Notes under the pieces: model-generated
Databases searched by the model: none
Told to the model about the DNA's origin: nothing
The model's input: only the letters and a program-made list of their open reading frames with translations
From: a bacterium
Lineage (GTDB): Bacteria; Sysuimicrobiota; Sysuimicrobiia; Sysuimicrobiales; Kaftiobacteriaceae
Assembly: GCA_044868695.1 (NCBI GenBank)
Contig: JBIOWP010000110.1
Location: 1-21,786 of the forward strand
Reading direction: 5' to 3'
DNA: 21,786 bases
Program-made: the position numbers and the translations under genes
Shown: positions 1 to 8,700 of the stretch, piece by piece
Layout of the letters: each line of letters starts with the position of its first letter
How positions within the stretch are numbered: the stretch's first letter is position 1

Positions 1-2079
1 GAGTGCCGTCTCACTCCGCTCGCGATGGAGCTGCTGGCCGACATCGACAAGGACACCGTTAACTTCATCCCCAACTACGACGAGTACGAGAAAGAGCCGG
101 TGGTGCTGCCGGCGAAGGTGCCGCACCTGCTGATGAACGGCGCCGCGGGCATCGCGGTCGGCATGGCCAGCAACATTCCCCCCCACAACCTGGGCGAACT
201 GGTGGACGGCCTGGTGGCGATGATCGATGAGGCCGACACCACCGACGAGCAGCTGATGAAGATCATCAAGGGCCCCGACTTCCCGACCGGCGGCGTCATC
301 CTCGGGCGGGACGGCATCAAGGCGGCCTACACGACCGGCCGCGGCAGCATCACGGTGCGGGCGAAGGCGGAGATCGAGGAGATGAAGGGCGGCCGCACGG
401 CCGTCATCGTGACCGAGCTGCCGTTCATGGTCAACAAGGCGGCGCTGATCGAGCGCATGGCCGAGCTGGTGCGCAACAAGAAGCTGGCCGGGGTCAGCGA
501 CCTGCGCGACGAGTCTGACCGCCGCGGGATGCGCATCGTCATCGAGCTGCGCCGGGACGCGAACCCGCAGATCGTCCGCAACCAGCTGTACAAGCACACG
601 CAGCTGCAGGCGACCTTCGGCGCCAACATGCTGGCGCTGGTCGACGGCGTGCCGAAGACCCTCAAGCTGCGGGATATGCTGGAGCAGTACCTGCGCCACC
701 GCCGGACGGTGGTCATCCGGCGCACGAAGTTCGAGCTGGCCCGGGCGGAGGAGCGGGCGCACATCCTGGAGGGTCTGCGGACCGCGCTGAAGCACCTGGA
801 CGACGTGATTGCGCTGATCCGCAAGTCCAAGGACGTGCCGGAAGCCCGCGCGGGACTGATGAAGCGGTTCAAGCTCAGCGAGCGCCAGGCCGACGCGATC
901 CTCGAGATGCGGCTGCAGCGTCTTACCGCGCTGGAGCGCGACAAGATCGACGAGGAGTACAAGCTGCTGGTCAAGGACATCGCGCGCTACAAGGAGATGC
1001 TGCGGGATGCCACCTCGGCGCGGCCCAAACTCATCATGGCGGCGGTGCGCGCGGAGCTGCTGGAGATGAAGGAGAAGTACGGGGACCCGCGGCGCACCAA
1101 GATCACCAGCCGGGAGGCGGAGGAGTTTGAGGCCGAGGACCTGATCCCCGACCTCGATGTGGTGATCAGCCTCACCCACAACAACTACGTCAAGCGCCAG
1201 CCGCTGGAGACCTACCGGCTGCAGCGGCGTGGGACGCGCGGGGTCGTGGGGATGACCACCAAGGAAGAGGACTTCGTCCAACAGGTCCTCACCACGACGA
1301 ACCACGCGTTCCTGCTGTTTTTCTCCGATCGCGGCAAGGTGTACCGGATGAAGGCGCACGAGGTCCCGGAGGCCGGCCGGACGGCCCGCGGGACCGCGAT
1401 GGTAAACCTGCTGGCGCTCGCGCAGGGGGAGCGGATCAACGCGATCATCGCCATCCGCTCGTTTGAAGATGAAGGCACCATCTTCATGGTGACCCGCAAG
1501 GGCATCGTCAAGCGGACCGGGTTGATGGAGTTCATCAACGCCAAGCGGGCCGGCATCTTCGCCATCGCGCTGCGCCGGGACGACAGCCTGGTGGCCGTGA
1601 AGCTCATTGCCAAGAACGCGGAGATTGTCCTGGCCACCAGGCAGGGCAAGGCCATCCGGTTCAAAGCCGGGCAGGTGCGCGAGATGGGCCGCGCCGCCCG
1701 CGGGGTCACCGGCGTCCGGCTGCGCGGCGGTGACGAGGTCGTCGGGGTGGCGGACGCCAAGGAGGGCAAGGCGCTGCTCACGGTGACGGAGCTCGGGTTG
1801 GGCAAGCGCACGCCGATGGGCCAGTATCCGACCAAGAGCCGCGGCGGCATGGGCGTGATCAACGTGAAGGTCACCAAGAAGACCGGCGCGGTGGTGGGCG
1901 TGCGGGCGGTCGACGATGACGACGAGATCCTGCTCGGCACCACCGGCGGCGTCTTCAACCGCATCCCCGTGTCCCAGATCTCGGTGATGAGCCGGCACGC
2001 GCAGGGCGTGCGCGTGCTGAAACTGGGCGAGGGCGAGCACCTGGCGGCCGTGGCTCACATTCCTGGGAAAGAGACCTGA
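1..2079 (+). CDS. gyrA: DNA gyrase subunit A (5'-truncated by the window edge)
   Basis: Frame 1 is open from base 1 ([12 protein letters not shown]..., just after the usual catalytic RYTE motif). Motifs [36 protein letters not shown] and [17 protein letters not shown]. The C-terminal beta-pinwheel repeats carry a GyrA-box-like QRRGTRG (1222-1242), favouring GyrA over ParC. Confidence 0.92.
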   Translation, partial: ECRLTPLAMELLADIDKDTVNFIPNYDEYEKEPVVLPAKVPHLLMNGAAGIAVGMASNIPPHNLGELVDGLVAMIDEADTTDEQLMKIIKGPDFPTGGVILGRDGIKAAYTTGRGSITVRAKAEIEEMKGGRTAVIVTELPFMVNKAALIERMAELVRNKKLAGVSDLRDESDRRGMRIVIELRRDANPQIVRNQLYKHTQLQATFGANMLALVDGVPKTLKLRDMLEQYLRHRRTVVIRRTKFELARAEERAHILEGLRTALKHLDDVIALIRKSKDVPEARAGLMKRFKLSERQADAILEMRLQRLTALERDKIDEEYKLLVKDIARYKEMLRDATSARPKLIMAAVRAELLEMKEKYGDPRRTKITSREAEEFEAEDLIPDLDVVISLTHNNYVKRQPLETYRLQRRGTRGVVGMTTKEEDFVQQVLTTTNHAFLLFFSDRGKVYRMKAHEVPEAGRTARGTAMVNLLALAQGERINAIIAIRSFEDEGTIFMVTRKGIVKRTGLMEFINAKRAGIFAIALRRDDSLVAVKLIAKNAEIVLATRQGKAIRFKAGQVREMGRAARGVTGVRLRGGDEVVGVADAKEGKALLTVTELGLGKRTPMGQYPTKSRGGMGVINVKVTKKTGAVVGVRAVDDDDEILLGTTGGVFNRIPVSQISVMSRHAQGVRVLKLGEGEHLAAVAHIPGKET

Positions 2080-2741
2080 TGGGCTCACACCGCTGGGCCG
2101 ACTTCCTGACGGCGCTCGGCGTCATCGGCGCGACGGTCGCTCTGCACGAAGCCGCGCACGCGGTCGCGGCGGTCCGCGCCGGCGGGACGGTGAAGGAAGT
2201 CGGGGTCGGCTTCGGTCCTGCCCTGCTTCGCCTGAGAGTAGGCCGCCTGCCTGTGGCGGTACGCGCGCTGCCGATGGGGGGCTACGCCGCTGTCGATGCC
2301 GGGCACATCGCTCCACTCCGGCGAATCCCGATGCTGCTGGCCGGTCCGCTGACCAACATCATCGCGGGCGCAGCCCTGCTGCTGGCGTTTCGCAGGCATC
2401 CGGTCTCGCTCCCGACCAACGGCCGGCAGGTCGGCGTGACCGGGGTCGTGGGCGCGCTGTCGGCGCTCGCGCACGCGGCGAGGCTGGGCCCCGGCGCCGT
2501 GGCGCGCCTGGCCGGATCGATCAACCTGGGGCTCGGCGTTATGAACCTGCTCCCGGTGTTCCCGCTCGACGGCGGGCACGTCGCGCTGAACTTGATGGAG
2601 GCGCGCGGCATTTCGCCCAAGACCCGCACCGTGTTCAGCCGCATCACCGCTGCGGTGTTCCTGACGATCGCCCACGCGGCGCTGGTCGGCGATCTGCGCC
2701 GCCTGGCAGGGACCAGGGATCGGGGACCAGGGACCAGATGA
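2079..2741 (+). CDS. Site-2 protease / M50 family intramembrane zinc metalloprotease (RseP-like, no PDZ domain)
   Basis: HEAAH zinc motif, GFGP and PMGGY loop motifs, LAGPLTN and NLLPVFPLDGG. TGATG overlap with the gyrA stop. Confidence 0.88.
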   Translation: MGSHRWADFLTALGVIGATVALHEAAHAVAAVRAGGTVKEVGVGFGPALLRLRVGRLPVAVRALPMGGYAAVDAGHIAPLRRIPMLLAGPLTNIIAGAALLLAFRRHPVSLPTNGRQVGVTGVVGALSALAHAARLGPGAVARLAGSINLGLGVMNLLPVFPLDGGHVALNLMEARGISPKTRTVFSRITAAVFLTIAHAALVGDLRRLAGTRDRGPGTR

Positions 2742-2764
2742 TTGTCCCAGTCCCGTAGTTTCGT
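2709..2764. repeat. GGGACCA-type heptamer tandem/inverted repeat element (right arm truncated)
   Basis: GGGACCA GGGATCG GGGACCA GGGACCA (2709-2736), then TTGTCCC AGTCCC (2742-2754), then GTAGTTTCGT. The 15-mer 2750-2764 is identical to 15678-15692. Confidence 0.85.
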
Positions 2765-2766
2765 TG

Positions 2767-3630
2767 ATGTCCGTCGTCATCCGCCTCGCGTCTTCTGACA
2801 CCACACCACTGCCCCGCATTGTAGGCGGCCGGGCCGCCGCGCCCGAGGAGTGGGACCAATGGAGCGAGGAGCCCGGCCATGAACTGGTCGCCCAGGACGG
2901 GACGCGCGTCGTCGGAAGCATCCACGTCAGCCTCGTTGGGCGCAGCGAGGCCTGGATGGAGAACCTCCGCGTGCAGCCCGATGCCCGGGGGCGAGGCGTC
3001 GCTGCGCAGCTGGTCCGGGAGGCCGAGACCGTCGCCCGCCGCTACGGAGCGGCGGTGGTGCGCACCGCGGTGCCCGCCCACGAGTACGCCGCGCTGGGTG
3101 TAGCCGAGCGCGCCGGCTACCACGTGCTGCTGCGCGCGGCGGTCGTCGAGACGGCCCCGGCCGCAGTGCCGGCGCACATCCCGTATGACGCGCCCGTGCA
3201 CGTGCCGCCGGTGGAGCAGACGCCAGTTCTCCTCACATTTGTCGAATCCGGGCAGACGTCGCAGGCGTGGCGCCGGCTGGTCCCGCTCGGGTGGCGGTTC
3301 CGCCGCGTGACGGCCGACCTGGTGCGTGGGCTGACCAAAGATCGACGGGTCGTGGCCGCGCTGCACCCGGGATCGAAAGCGGTGCAGGCAGCTGCGCTGT
3401 TTGCGCTGCGGGCCGACGCCCTCGTGGTCTCGCTGCTCGACGGAACTCCCCCCGGAGTCCAGGCCGTCTTCGGCACGGTCGCCGAGGACGCGCGCGCACA
3501 CGGCGCCTCGCGCGCAGTGATCTTCACTCCCGATCCGCAGGTCCTCAAGCCGCTGGATGTCCGCGGGTGGACGCCCCACCCGTGGTGCCCCGAGGGGTTT
3601 CTGGTCGTCGAGAAGAGCATCGCCTCGTAG
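2767..3630 (+). CDS. GNAT family N-acetyltransferase
   Basis: Acetyl-CoA-binding motif A (WMENLRVQPDARGRGVAAQLV) and AALGVAERAGY, followed by a second degenerate domain. Start ATG 2767, alternatively TTG 2764. Confidence 0.8.
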   Translation: MSVVIRLASSDTTPLPRIVGGRAAAPEEWDQWSEEPGHELVAQDGTRVVGSIHVSLVGRSEAWMENLRVQPDARGRGVAAQLVREAETVARRYGAAVVRTAVPAHEYAALGVAERAGYHVLLRAAVVETAPAAVPAHIPYDAPVHVPPVEQTPVLLTFVESGQTSQAWRRLVPLGWRFRRVTADLVRGLTKDRRVVAALHPGSKAVQAAALFALRADALVVSLLDGTPPGVQAVFGTVAEDARAHGASRAVIFTPDPQVLKPLDVRGWTPHPWCPEGFLVVEKSIAS

Positions 3631-3727
3631 CCGACAGGAAGCCTCCGCTCCCGCGCCGAAACGCACCCCACAACCCTGCCTGTCGGTCCCACAGCCAGTG
3701 CCGGTGGACTTCGGGGGTGGTGCGAGC

Positions 3728-5074
3728 ATGAGCAACGGTCCATCTCGGGCCCCAGTTACGCAGATCGTGATCGCCGTCATTGTGGCGGCCGCGGTGGCTG
3801 GCGGCGCCGGCTACTGGGCCGGCGCACAGCGCCGCGCCCCGCAGGCGGTCGAAGCGCGCAAGGTGGAAATCTTCCACTGGTGGACGGCCGGCGGGGAGCG
3901 CGAAGCCGCCGACGCGATGTTCAAAGCCCTCAAAGGCGCCTATCCCGATGTCGAGCTCGTCGAGAATCCGGTTGCCGGCGGCGGCGGCGTGAGCCACCGT
4001 GTCGTCCTGCAGGCGCGGCTCTCCGCCGGGATCCCGCCGGACACCTGGCAAACACTGGGCGGCGCCGAGCTGAAGTCGTACGTGGACGGCGGCTATCTGG
4101 TGCCGCTGGACGACGTGTACGCGCAGCTGAAATACGCAGATGCGATTCCGAAGCCGCTGGCCAATGCCGTGACCATCGCCGGCCACCCATACGTCGTTCC
4201 GCTAAACATGCACATTCAAAACATCCTGTACTACAACAAGAAGCTGTTTGACGAGCTCGGCCTGCAGCCCCCGACCACGGCGGACGAGCTGCTGGCGGTC
4301 GCCCGGAGGATCAAGGCCGCGCGACCGCGCATGTCGCCGTTGGCGTTGGGCACCAAGGAAAAGTGGGAAGCGGCCTTCGTGCTGGACAGCATCCTCCTGG
4401 AGGCCGGCGGACCTGAGTATTACGTAAGATTGTATAAGGGTGAGGTCGATGTCGCCACCGACCCCACTTTCAAGGCGGCGCTGGACAAACTCAACGCGCT
4501 GCGCCCGTACATCTATCCGTTCCATGCGGGACTGACGTGGGATGAGTCCTGCGGTCTGGTCGTGTCCGGGGACTCGGCGATGGTGATCATGGGGACGTGG
4601 GCGATCGGTTACTTCAAGAGCCGTGGGTGGAACCCCGGCACCGACTTCGGCGCGGTCACCTTCCCGCAGAAGCCCGACCGCATCCTGCTCTTCCACCCGG
4701 ACACCTACGGTCTGGCCAAGGGAGCGCCGCACCCCAAGACAACGATGGACTGGTTGAAGGTGGTGGCGTCGCCCGAGCTGCAGGTGCCCACCGACGTCAC
4801 GCAGGGCGGACTGTTCGCGCGCATTGACATCGACCCGGGACAGTTCCCGGACCCCATCCGCCAGGAGCTGCAGAATTACGTCCGCAACAATCCGGGGAAA
4901 CTGATCCTGGACCAGCACGGGAGCATCGCGCCGTTCAGCTTCACGCAGGCCTACTGGGACGTTGCCGCGGCGTTCACCGCCAAACCCGACGTCGCCGGCA
5001 CCGTAAAGACGGTCGCCGAACTCTTCACGAAGTACAACGTCGGGGAAGGGGCGGCGTGGTATCAATGGCCTTGA
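3728..5074 (+). CDS. Carbohydrate ABC transporter substrate-binding protein (family 1, glucose-binding-like)
   Basis: Hydrophobic N-terminal segment, then EIFHWWTAGGE, ENPVAGGGG, PPDTWQ, NILYYNKKLF and AMVIMGTW. ATG 3728 follows a G-rich SD-like GGGGTGG; the longer 3557 start overlaps the GNAT gene. Confidence 0.9.
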   Translation: MSNGPSRAPVTQIVIAVIVAAAVAGGAGYWAGAQRRAPQAVEARKVEIFHWWTAGGEREAADAMFKALKGAYPDVELVENPVAGGGGVSHRVVLQARLSAGIPPDTWQTLGGAELKSYVDGGYLVPLDDVYAQLKYADAIPKPLANAVTIAGHPYVVPLNMHIQNILYYNKKLFDELGLQPPTTADELLAVARRIKAARPRMSPLALGTKEKWEAAFVLDSILLEAGGPEYYVRLYKGEVDVATDPTFKAALDKLNALRPYIYPFHAGLTWDESCGLVVSGDSAMVIMGTWAIGYFKSRGWNPGTDFGAVTFPQKPDRILLFHPDTYGLAKGAPHPKTTMDWLKVVASPELQVPTDVTQGGLFARIDIDPGQFPDPIRQELQNYVRNNPGKLILDQHGSIAPFSFTQAYWDVAAAFTAKPDVAGTVKTVAELFTKYNVGEGAAWYQWP

Positions 5075-5104
5075 ATGTGACGGCGGAGCCACCCGGCTGC
5101 TAGT

Positions 5105-5145
5105 CCAGGGGTCCCTCACGGTGTGCTCCATCGTGAGGGACCTGG
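5105..5145 (+). terminator. Strong intergenic hairpin between binding-protein and permease genes (mRNA stabiliser or partial terminator)
   Basis: GGTCCCTCACGGTG (5110-5123) pairs with CATCGTGAGGGACC (5129-5142) with one G-U, extended by flanking CCA/TGG across a 2-nt bulge. Only a weak U-tract (TTCATT) follows. Confidence 0.6.
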
Positions 5146-5169
5146 TTCATTGTCCTCCCCCCTGATGTC

Positions 5170-6066
5170 GTGAACGCCTCCAGTCTGCTCCTGCGCCGCG
5201 CGCGAGAGGCGGCCGTGTTCGCGCTGCCGCTGCTGTTCTTTCTGCTGATCCTATACGGAATGTTGTTCTGGACGTTCTACACCTCGGTGTCGGACTGGCA
5301 GGGGACCGCGCCCGACTACTCGTTCGCCGGGCTGAAGTGGTACCGGTTCATGATCGGGCTGGACCGCTTCTGGGTCGATCTGGGTAACAACGTGCGGTGG
5401 CTGGTGCTGGGCGTCGTCCCCACGGTGGTGCTGGCCGTCTTCCTCGCCTACCTGCTCGAGATCGGCTCGATCAAGGGGCTCGAGGCCTACCTGCGAACGC
5501 TCGTGCTCTACCCGGCCGCGATGTCCTTCGTGGTGACCGGCACGATCTGGTCGTGGATGTACCAGCCCGACCGTGGCGTTTTGAACACGCTGCTTCGCGC
5601 GGCGGGCCTGGACGCCCTGACGAGCGGCTACACCACCAATCCGTCCACCGCGACGTACTGGCTTATCCTGGTGTTCGTGTGGCAGTACCTCGGGCTCGCG
5701 GTGCTCATCGTGCAGGCGTCGTTCCGGAGCGTCGAGCTTGCGGAGATGGTCGAGTCATCGATGCTCGACGGCGCGTCCCGGCTGCGGATTCTCTTCAACG
5801 TCCTCATCCCGAACATCCGGGGCGGCATCCTGGTCGTGGTGTCGCTGCTGCTCATCTCGGCGCTGAAGGTGTTTGACATCGTGTACGTGGTGACGTTCGG
5901 GGGTCCGGGATACGCGACCGACGTCCTCGCCTTGTTCCAGTTCATTGCCACGTTTCAACAGCACCTGGTCGCACTGGGCGCGGGGCTCGCGGTGGTGATC
6001 TTCGCCCTGGCGTTCATCATCATCGTCCCCTACACCATCTACGCGCTGCAGCGGTGGTTTGAATGA
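5170..6066 (+). CDS. Carbohydrate ABC transporter permease (MalF/UgpA-like)
   Basis: Multiple TM segments, PDRGVLNTLL, EAA-like loop (EMVESSMLDGASRLRILFNVLIP) and LKVFDIVYVVTFGGPG. Confidence 0.9.
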   Translation: MNASSLLLRRAREAAVFALPLLFFLLILYGMLFWTFYTSVSDWQGTAPDYSFAGLKWYRFMIGLDRFWVDLGNNVRWLVLGVVPTVVLAVFLAYLLEIGSIKGLEAYLRTLVLYPAAMSFVVTGTIWSWMYQPDRGVLNTLLRAAGLDALTSGYTTNPSTATYWLILVFVWQYLGLAVLIVQASFRSVELAEMVESSMLDGASRLRILFNVLIPNIRGGILVVVSLLLISALKVFDIVYVVTFGGPGYATDVLALFQFIATFQQHLVALGAGLAVVIFALAFIIIVPYTIYALQRWFE

Positions 6067-6884
6067 GACCCTCCCGGGCGCTGCGGCTGCTGGTGGCGGC
6101 GACGGTGGTCGTGGTCTCCGCCGTCTACATCCTGCCGGTGTATGTCATGGGGGTGACGTCGCTCAAGACGCCCCTGGAGATCACCCAGCGGCAGTACCTG
6201 GTGCCGGGCGGGCGCCTTCAGGTAGGCAACTACGCGACCGCGCTGCGCCTCGTGGTCCCCGCGCTTGTCAACTCGACCATCATCTCCGTGACCGTCACCG
6301 CGCTGTCGGTCTTCGTGGGCGGGCTCGGAGGTTACTTCCTGGCCCGCTTCCGCTGGCCCATCACGAAGGTGATCTTCGTCCTGCTGGCGGTGGCGCTGTA
6401 CCTGCCCTACCAGGCCGTGCTGATTCCGCTCGTGCAGATTATCGCGAAGACGCACCTGGCGCTCAGCCACGCCGGGCTGATCCTCAGTTACCTGATCCTC
6501 AACGTCCCGCTGGCCGCGGTCCTCATGGCCACGTTCTTCTTCTCCGTCCCCCGGGAGCTGGAGGAGTCGGCCCAGGTGGACGGCGCGTCGCGGCTGCAGA
6601 TTTTCTTCCGGATTGTCTCCGTGGTGGCGCTCCCCGGCTACGCGTCGACCGCCATCCTGGTGTTCATCCAGGTGTGGAATGAATTCTTGCTGGCCTTGAC
6701 GCTGTCCACGCCGTACACCACCACGGTGCAAGTGAAGCTGGTGGAGATCAAAGGCAGCTATGTGGCGTTGTACAATTTGCAGATGGCGGCCGCGCTGATG
6801 ACGGTGCTGGTGCCGCTGCTGTTTTTCCTGCTGCTCGGCAAGTACTTCATCCGGGGCATTCTGGCGGGCGCCCTCCGAGGCTGA
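6063..6884 (+). CDS. Carbohydrate ABC transporter permease (MalG/UgpE-like)
   Basis: TSLKT, EAA loop (VPRELEESAQVDGASRLQIFFRIV), WNEFLLAL and KYFIRGILAGALRG. ATGA overlap with the previous gene. Confidence 0.92.
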   Translation: MRPSRALRLLVAATVVVVSAVYILPVYVMGVTSLKTPLEITQRQYLVPGGRLQVGNYATALRLVVPALVNSTIISVTVTALSVFVGGLGGYFLARFRWPITKVIFVLLAVALYLPYQAVLIPLVQIIAKTHLALSHAGLILSYLILNVPLAAVLMATFFFSVPRELEESAQVDGASRLQIFFRIVSVVALPGYASTAILVFIQVWNEFLLALTLSTPYTTTVQVKLVEIKGSYVALYNLQMAAALMTVLVPLLFFLLLGKYFIRGILAGALRG

Positions 6885-6890
6885 TGCACC

Positions 6891-7598
6891 ATGGCGGAGC
6901 TGCTGTACCTGCATGACAGCTATATGCGGGAGTTTGACGCCACCGTGACCGCGGTCGACGGGCAGGCGATCGCGGTGGATCGCAGCGCGTTCTTTCCGGG
7001 CGGCGGCGGACAGCCTGCGGACACGGGGGACGTACTGTGGACCGGCGGTCGCGCGCGTGCGGTGGAGATCCGCCGCCAGGGAGACGAGATCTGGCACGTA
7101 CTGGATACTGCCGCGCCGGCGGTGGACACGGCGGTGCGCGGCGAGCTCAACTGGGATCGGCGCTACGCGATCATGCGCCACCATTCCGCCCTGCACGTGC
7201 TCGTCGGTGTAGTGTACAAGCAGTTCAACGCGCTGGTCACCGGCGGCGCCATCTATCCCGACCGCGCGCGGATGGATTTCTCCCTGGAAGATCTCAACAA
7301 GGAGCGCATCGGCGTGATTGAAGCGGAGGCGAACCGGGTCATTGGCGAGCGCCGGCGGATTCTGGTGCGGTTCGTGTCGCGCGAGGAGTTCGAGCGGTCG
7401 GACCTGTCACGCCTGGCGAGGCACTTGCTGCCGCCGGAGATTCGGGAAGTGCGCGTGATCGAGATCGAAGGGTTCGACGCGCAGGCCGACGGCGGCACGC
7501 ACGTGGCGACCACCGAAGAGATCGGCCGCCTGACCGTTACCAAGACCGAGAACAAAGGGAAGATCAACCGCAGACTGGAAATCGCGCTGTCCAAGTGA
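6891..7598 (+). CDS. alaX: Alanyl-tRNA editing protein AlaX (AlaX-M type)
   Basis: LYLHDSYMREFDA, FFPGGGGQPADTG, MRHHSALH (HxxxH), ARMDF and ADGGTHV; 235 aa. Confidence 0.88.
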   Translation: MAELLYLHDSYMREFDATVTAVDGQAIAVDRSAFFPGGGGQPADTGDVLWTGGRARAVEIRRQGDEIWHVLDTAAPAVDTAVRGELNWDRRYAIMRHHSALHVLVGVVYKQFNALVTGGAIYPDRARMDFSLEDLNKERIGVIEAEANRVIGERRRILVRFVSREEFERSDLSRLARHLLPPEIREVRVIEIEGFDAQADGGTHVATTEEIGRLTVTKTENKGKINRRLEIALSK

Positions 7599-7680
7599 AG
7601 CGCACCGGGCCCAGAGCGGCAGGACTCCATCCCGTCGTCCGCCAACCCTAGTCAGTGCATTCCCGGAGGTCTAAGTCCTC

Positions 7681-8076
7681 ATGCAATGGCATGCGGCGGG
7701 CGATCTGTTCAACCGGTTGCGCCGAATCGTGCGCGCCCTCAACCTCGGCTACATCGACGTGCGCCGCATCACCTGCGTGCGGGTCGTAGGCTCGCGCGCC
7801 AACGCCCTGGCGCGGATCTGGGGACTGCCGCCGGTGTTCCAGGACGCGCTGAGGCTGCGGCCGCATTACGTCATCGAGTTCATGGTGCCGGCGTTTGACC
7901 GGCTGAGCCGGCAGGAACAGGATCGCGTGATCATCCACGAGCTCCTGCACATCCCCAGGACATTTAGCGGCGGCATCCGCCCGGAACGCTCGCTGTCCCT
8001 CAGCATCACTCCCCGCGCGGTGGAGCGGTATTACCGGCAGTACCTCGCAGCGATGCGCAGCCGCCGTACGCGGTGA
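7681..8076 (+). CDS. Putative small zinc metallopeptidase (HExxH; COG4900-like)
   Basis: ARIWGLP...YVIEF...FDRLS...IIHELLHIP pattern; SD GGAGGT about 10 nt upstream. Family assignment is from memory. Confidence 0.7.
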   Translation: MQWHAAGDLFNRLRRIVRALNLGYIDVRRITCVRVVGSRANALARIWGLPPVFQDALRLRPHYVIEFMVPAFDRLSRQEQDRVIIHELLHIPRTFSGGIRPERSLSLSITPRAVERYYRQYLAAMRSRRTR

Positions 8077-8678
8077 CGCGGCTCTACCTCCTCCGGCACG
8101 CCGAATCCACGTGGAACGCCGAACGCCGCTGGCAGGGCGCGATGGATCCGCCCCTGAGCGACGCTGGGCGGTTGCAGGCGGCGCGCACGAGCGAGGCGCT
8201 GCGGTCGGTTCCCCTTCAGGCCGTCTACACGAGTCCGTTGCAGCGTGCGGTCGCCACCGCGGCCGCCGTGGCGGCGCCACATGCCCTATCCGTAGAGTCC
8301 GATCCCGACTTGCGGGAGATCGCGTTCGGGGAGTGGGAGAGCCTGCTGGGCGAAGAAGTCGAGCAGCGGTTCGGCGCGCTGCTCCGGCAGTGGTGGGAGC
8401 GGCCGGATCAGGTGCAGATCCCGGGCGCGGACTCGCTGGAGGACGTGAGGGTCCGGGCGACCGGCGCGCTGCGCAGGATCGTAGCCCGGCATCGTGAGGC
8501 CCCGGTCGCCGTCGTGGCCCACGGAGGTGTGAACAAACTGATATTGCTTACGCTGGTGGGCGCGCCGCTGTCGTCATTCTGGCGCCTCGCGCAGACCAAC
8601 GCCTGCGTGAATGTGCTGGAGTTCGCCGGTGACCGCGGCCGCGTGTTCGTGGCGAACGCCACGGCGCATCTGAAGTAA
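8073..8678 (+). CDS. Histidine phosphatase family protein (GpmB/CobC-like)
   Basis: LYLLRHAESTWN, D.PLS..G..QA, YTSPLQRA, LREIAFGEWE and VVAHGGV. GTGA overlap with the previous gene. Confidence 0.9.
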   Translation: MTRLYLLRHAESTWNAERRWQGAMDPPLSDAGRLQAARTSEALRSVPLQAVYTSPLQRAVATAAAVAAPHALSVESDPDLREIAFGEWESLLGEEVEQRFGALLRQWWERPDQVQIPGADSLEDVRVRATGALRRIVARHREAPVAVVAHGGVNKLILLTLVGAPLSSFWRLAQTNACVNVLEFAGDRGRVFVANATAHLK

Positions 8679-8684
8679 CGGGGT

Positions 8685-8700
8685 TGCTATAATCTCCACA
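8685..8700 (+). promoter_or_regulatory. Extended -10 sigma70 promoter, probably producing leaderless aroE mRNA
   Basis: TG-C-TATAAT at 8685-8693 (perfect TGnTATAAT in very GC-rich DNA), 7 nt upstream of the aroE ATG (8701); no SD sequence. Confidence 0.75.

Noticed and set aside
3631..3686. Inverted repeat CCGACAGG...CCTGTCGG after the GNAT gene
   Set aside because: An 8-bp stem with a 40-nt loop in GC-rich DNA, no U-tract and no recognisable riboswitch motif; cannot be distinguished from chance.
3557..3727. Extended N-termini in the ORF track (3557 for the binding protein, 9695 aroC, 16712 DUF4129 protein, 18634 aroF)
   Set aside because: They overlap upstream genes or the T-box terminator, or precede the conserved family N-terminus; downstream starts fit better.
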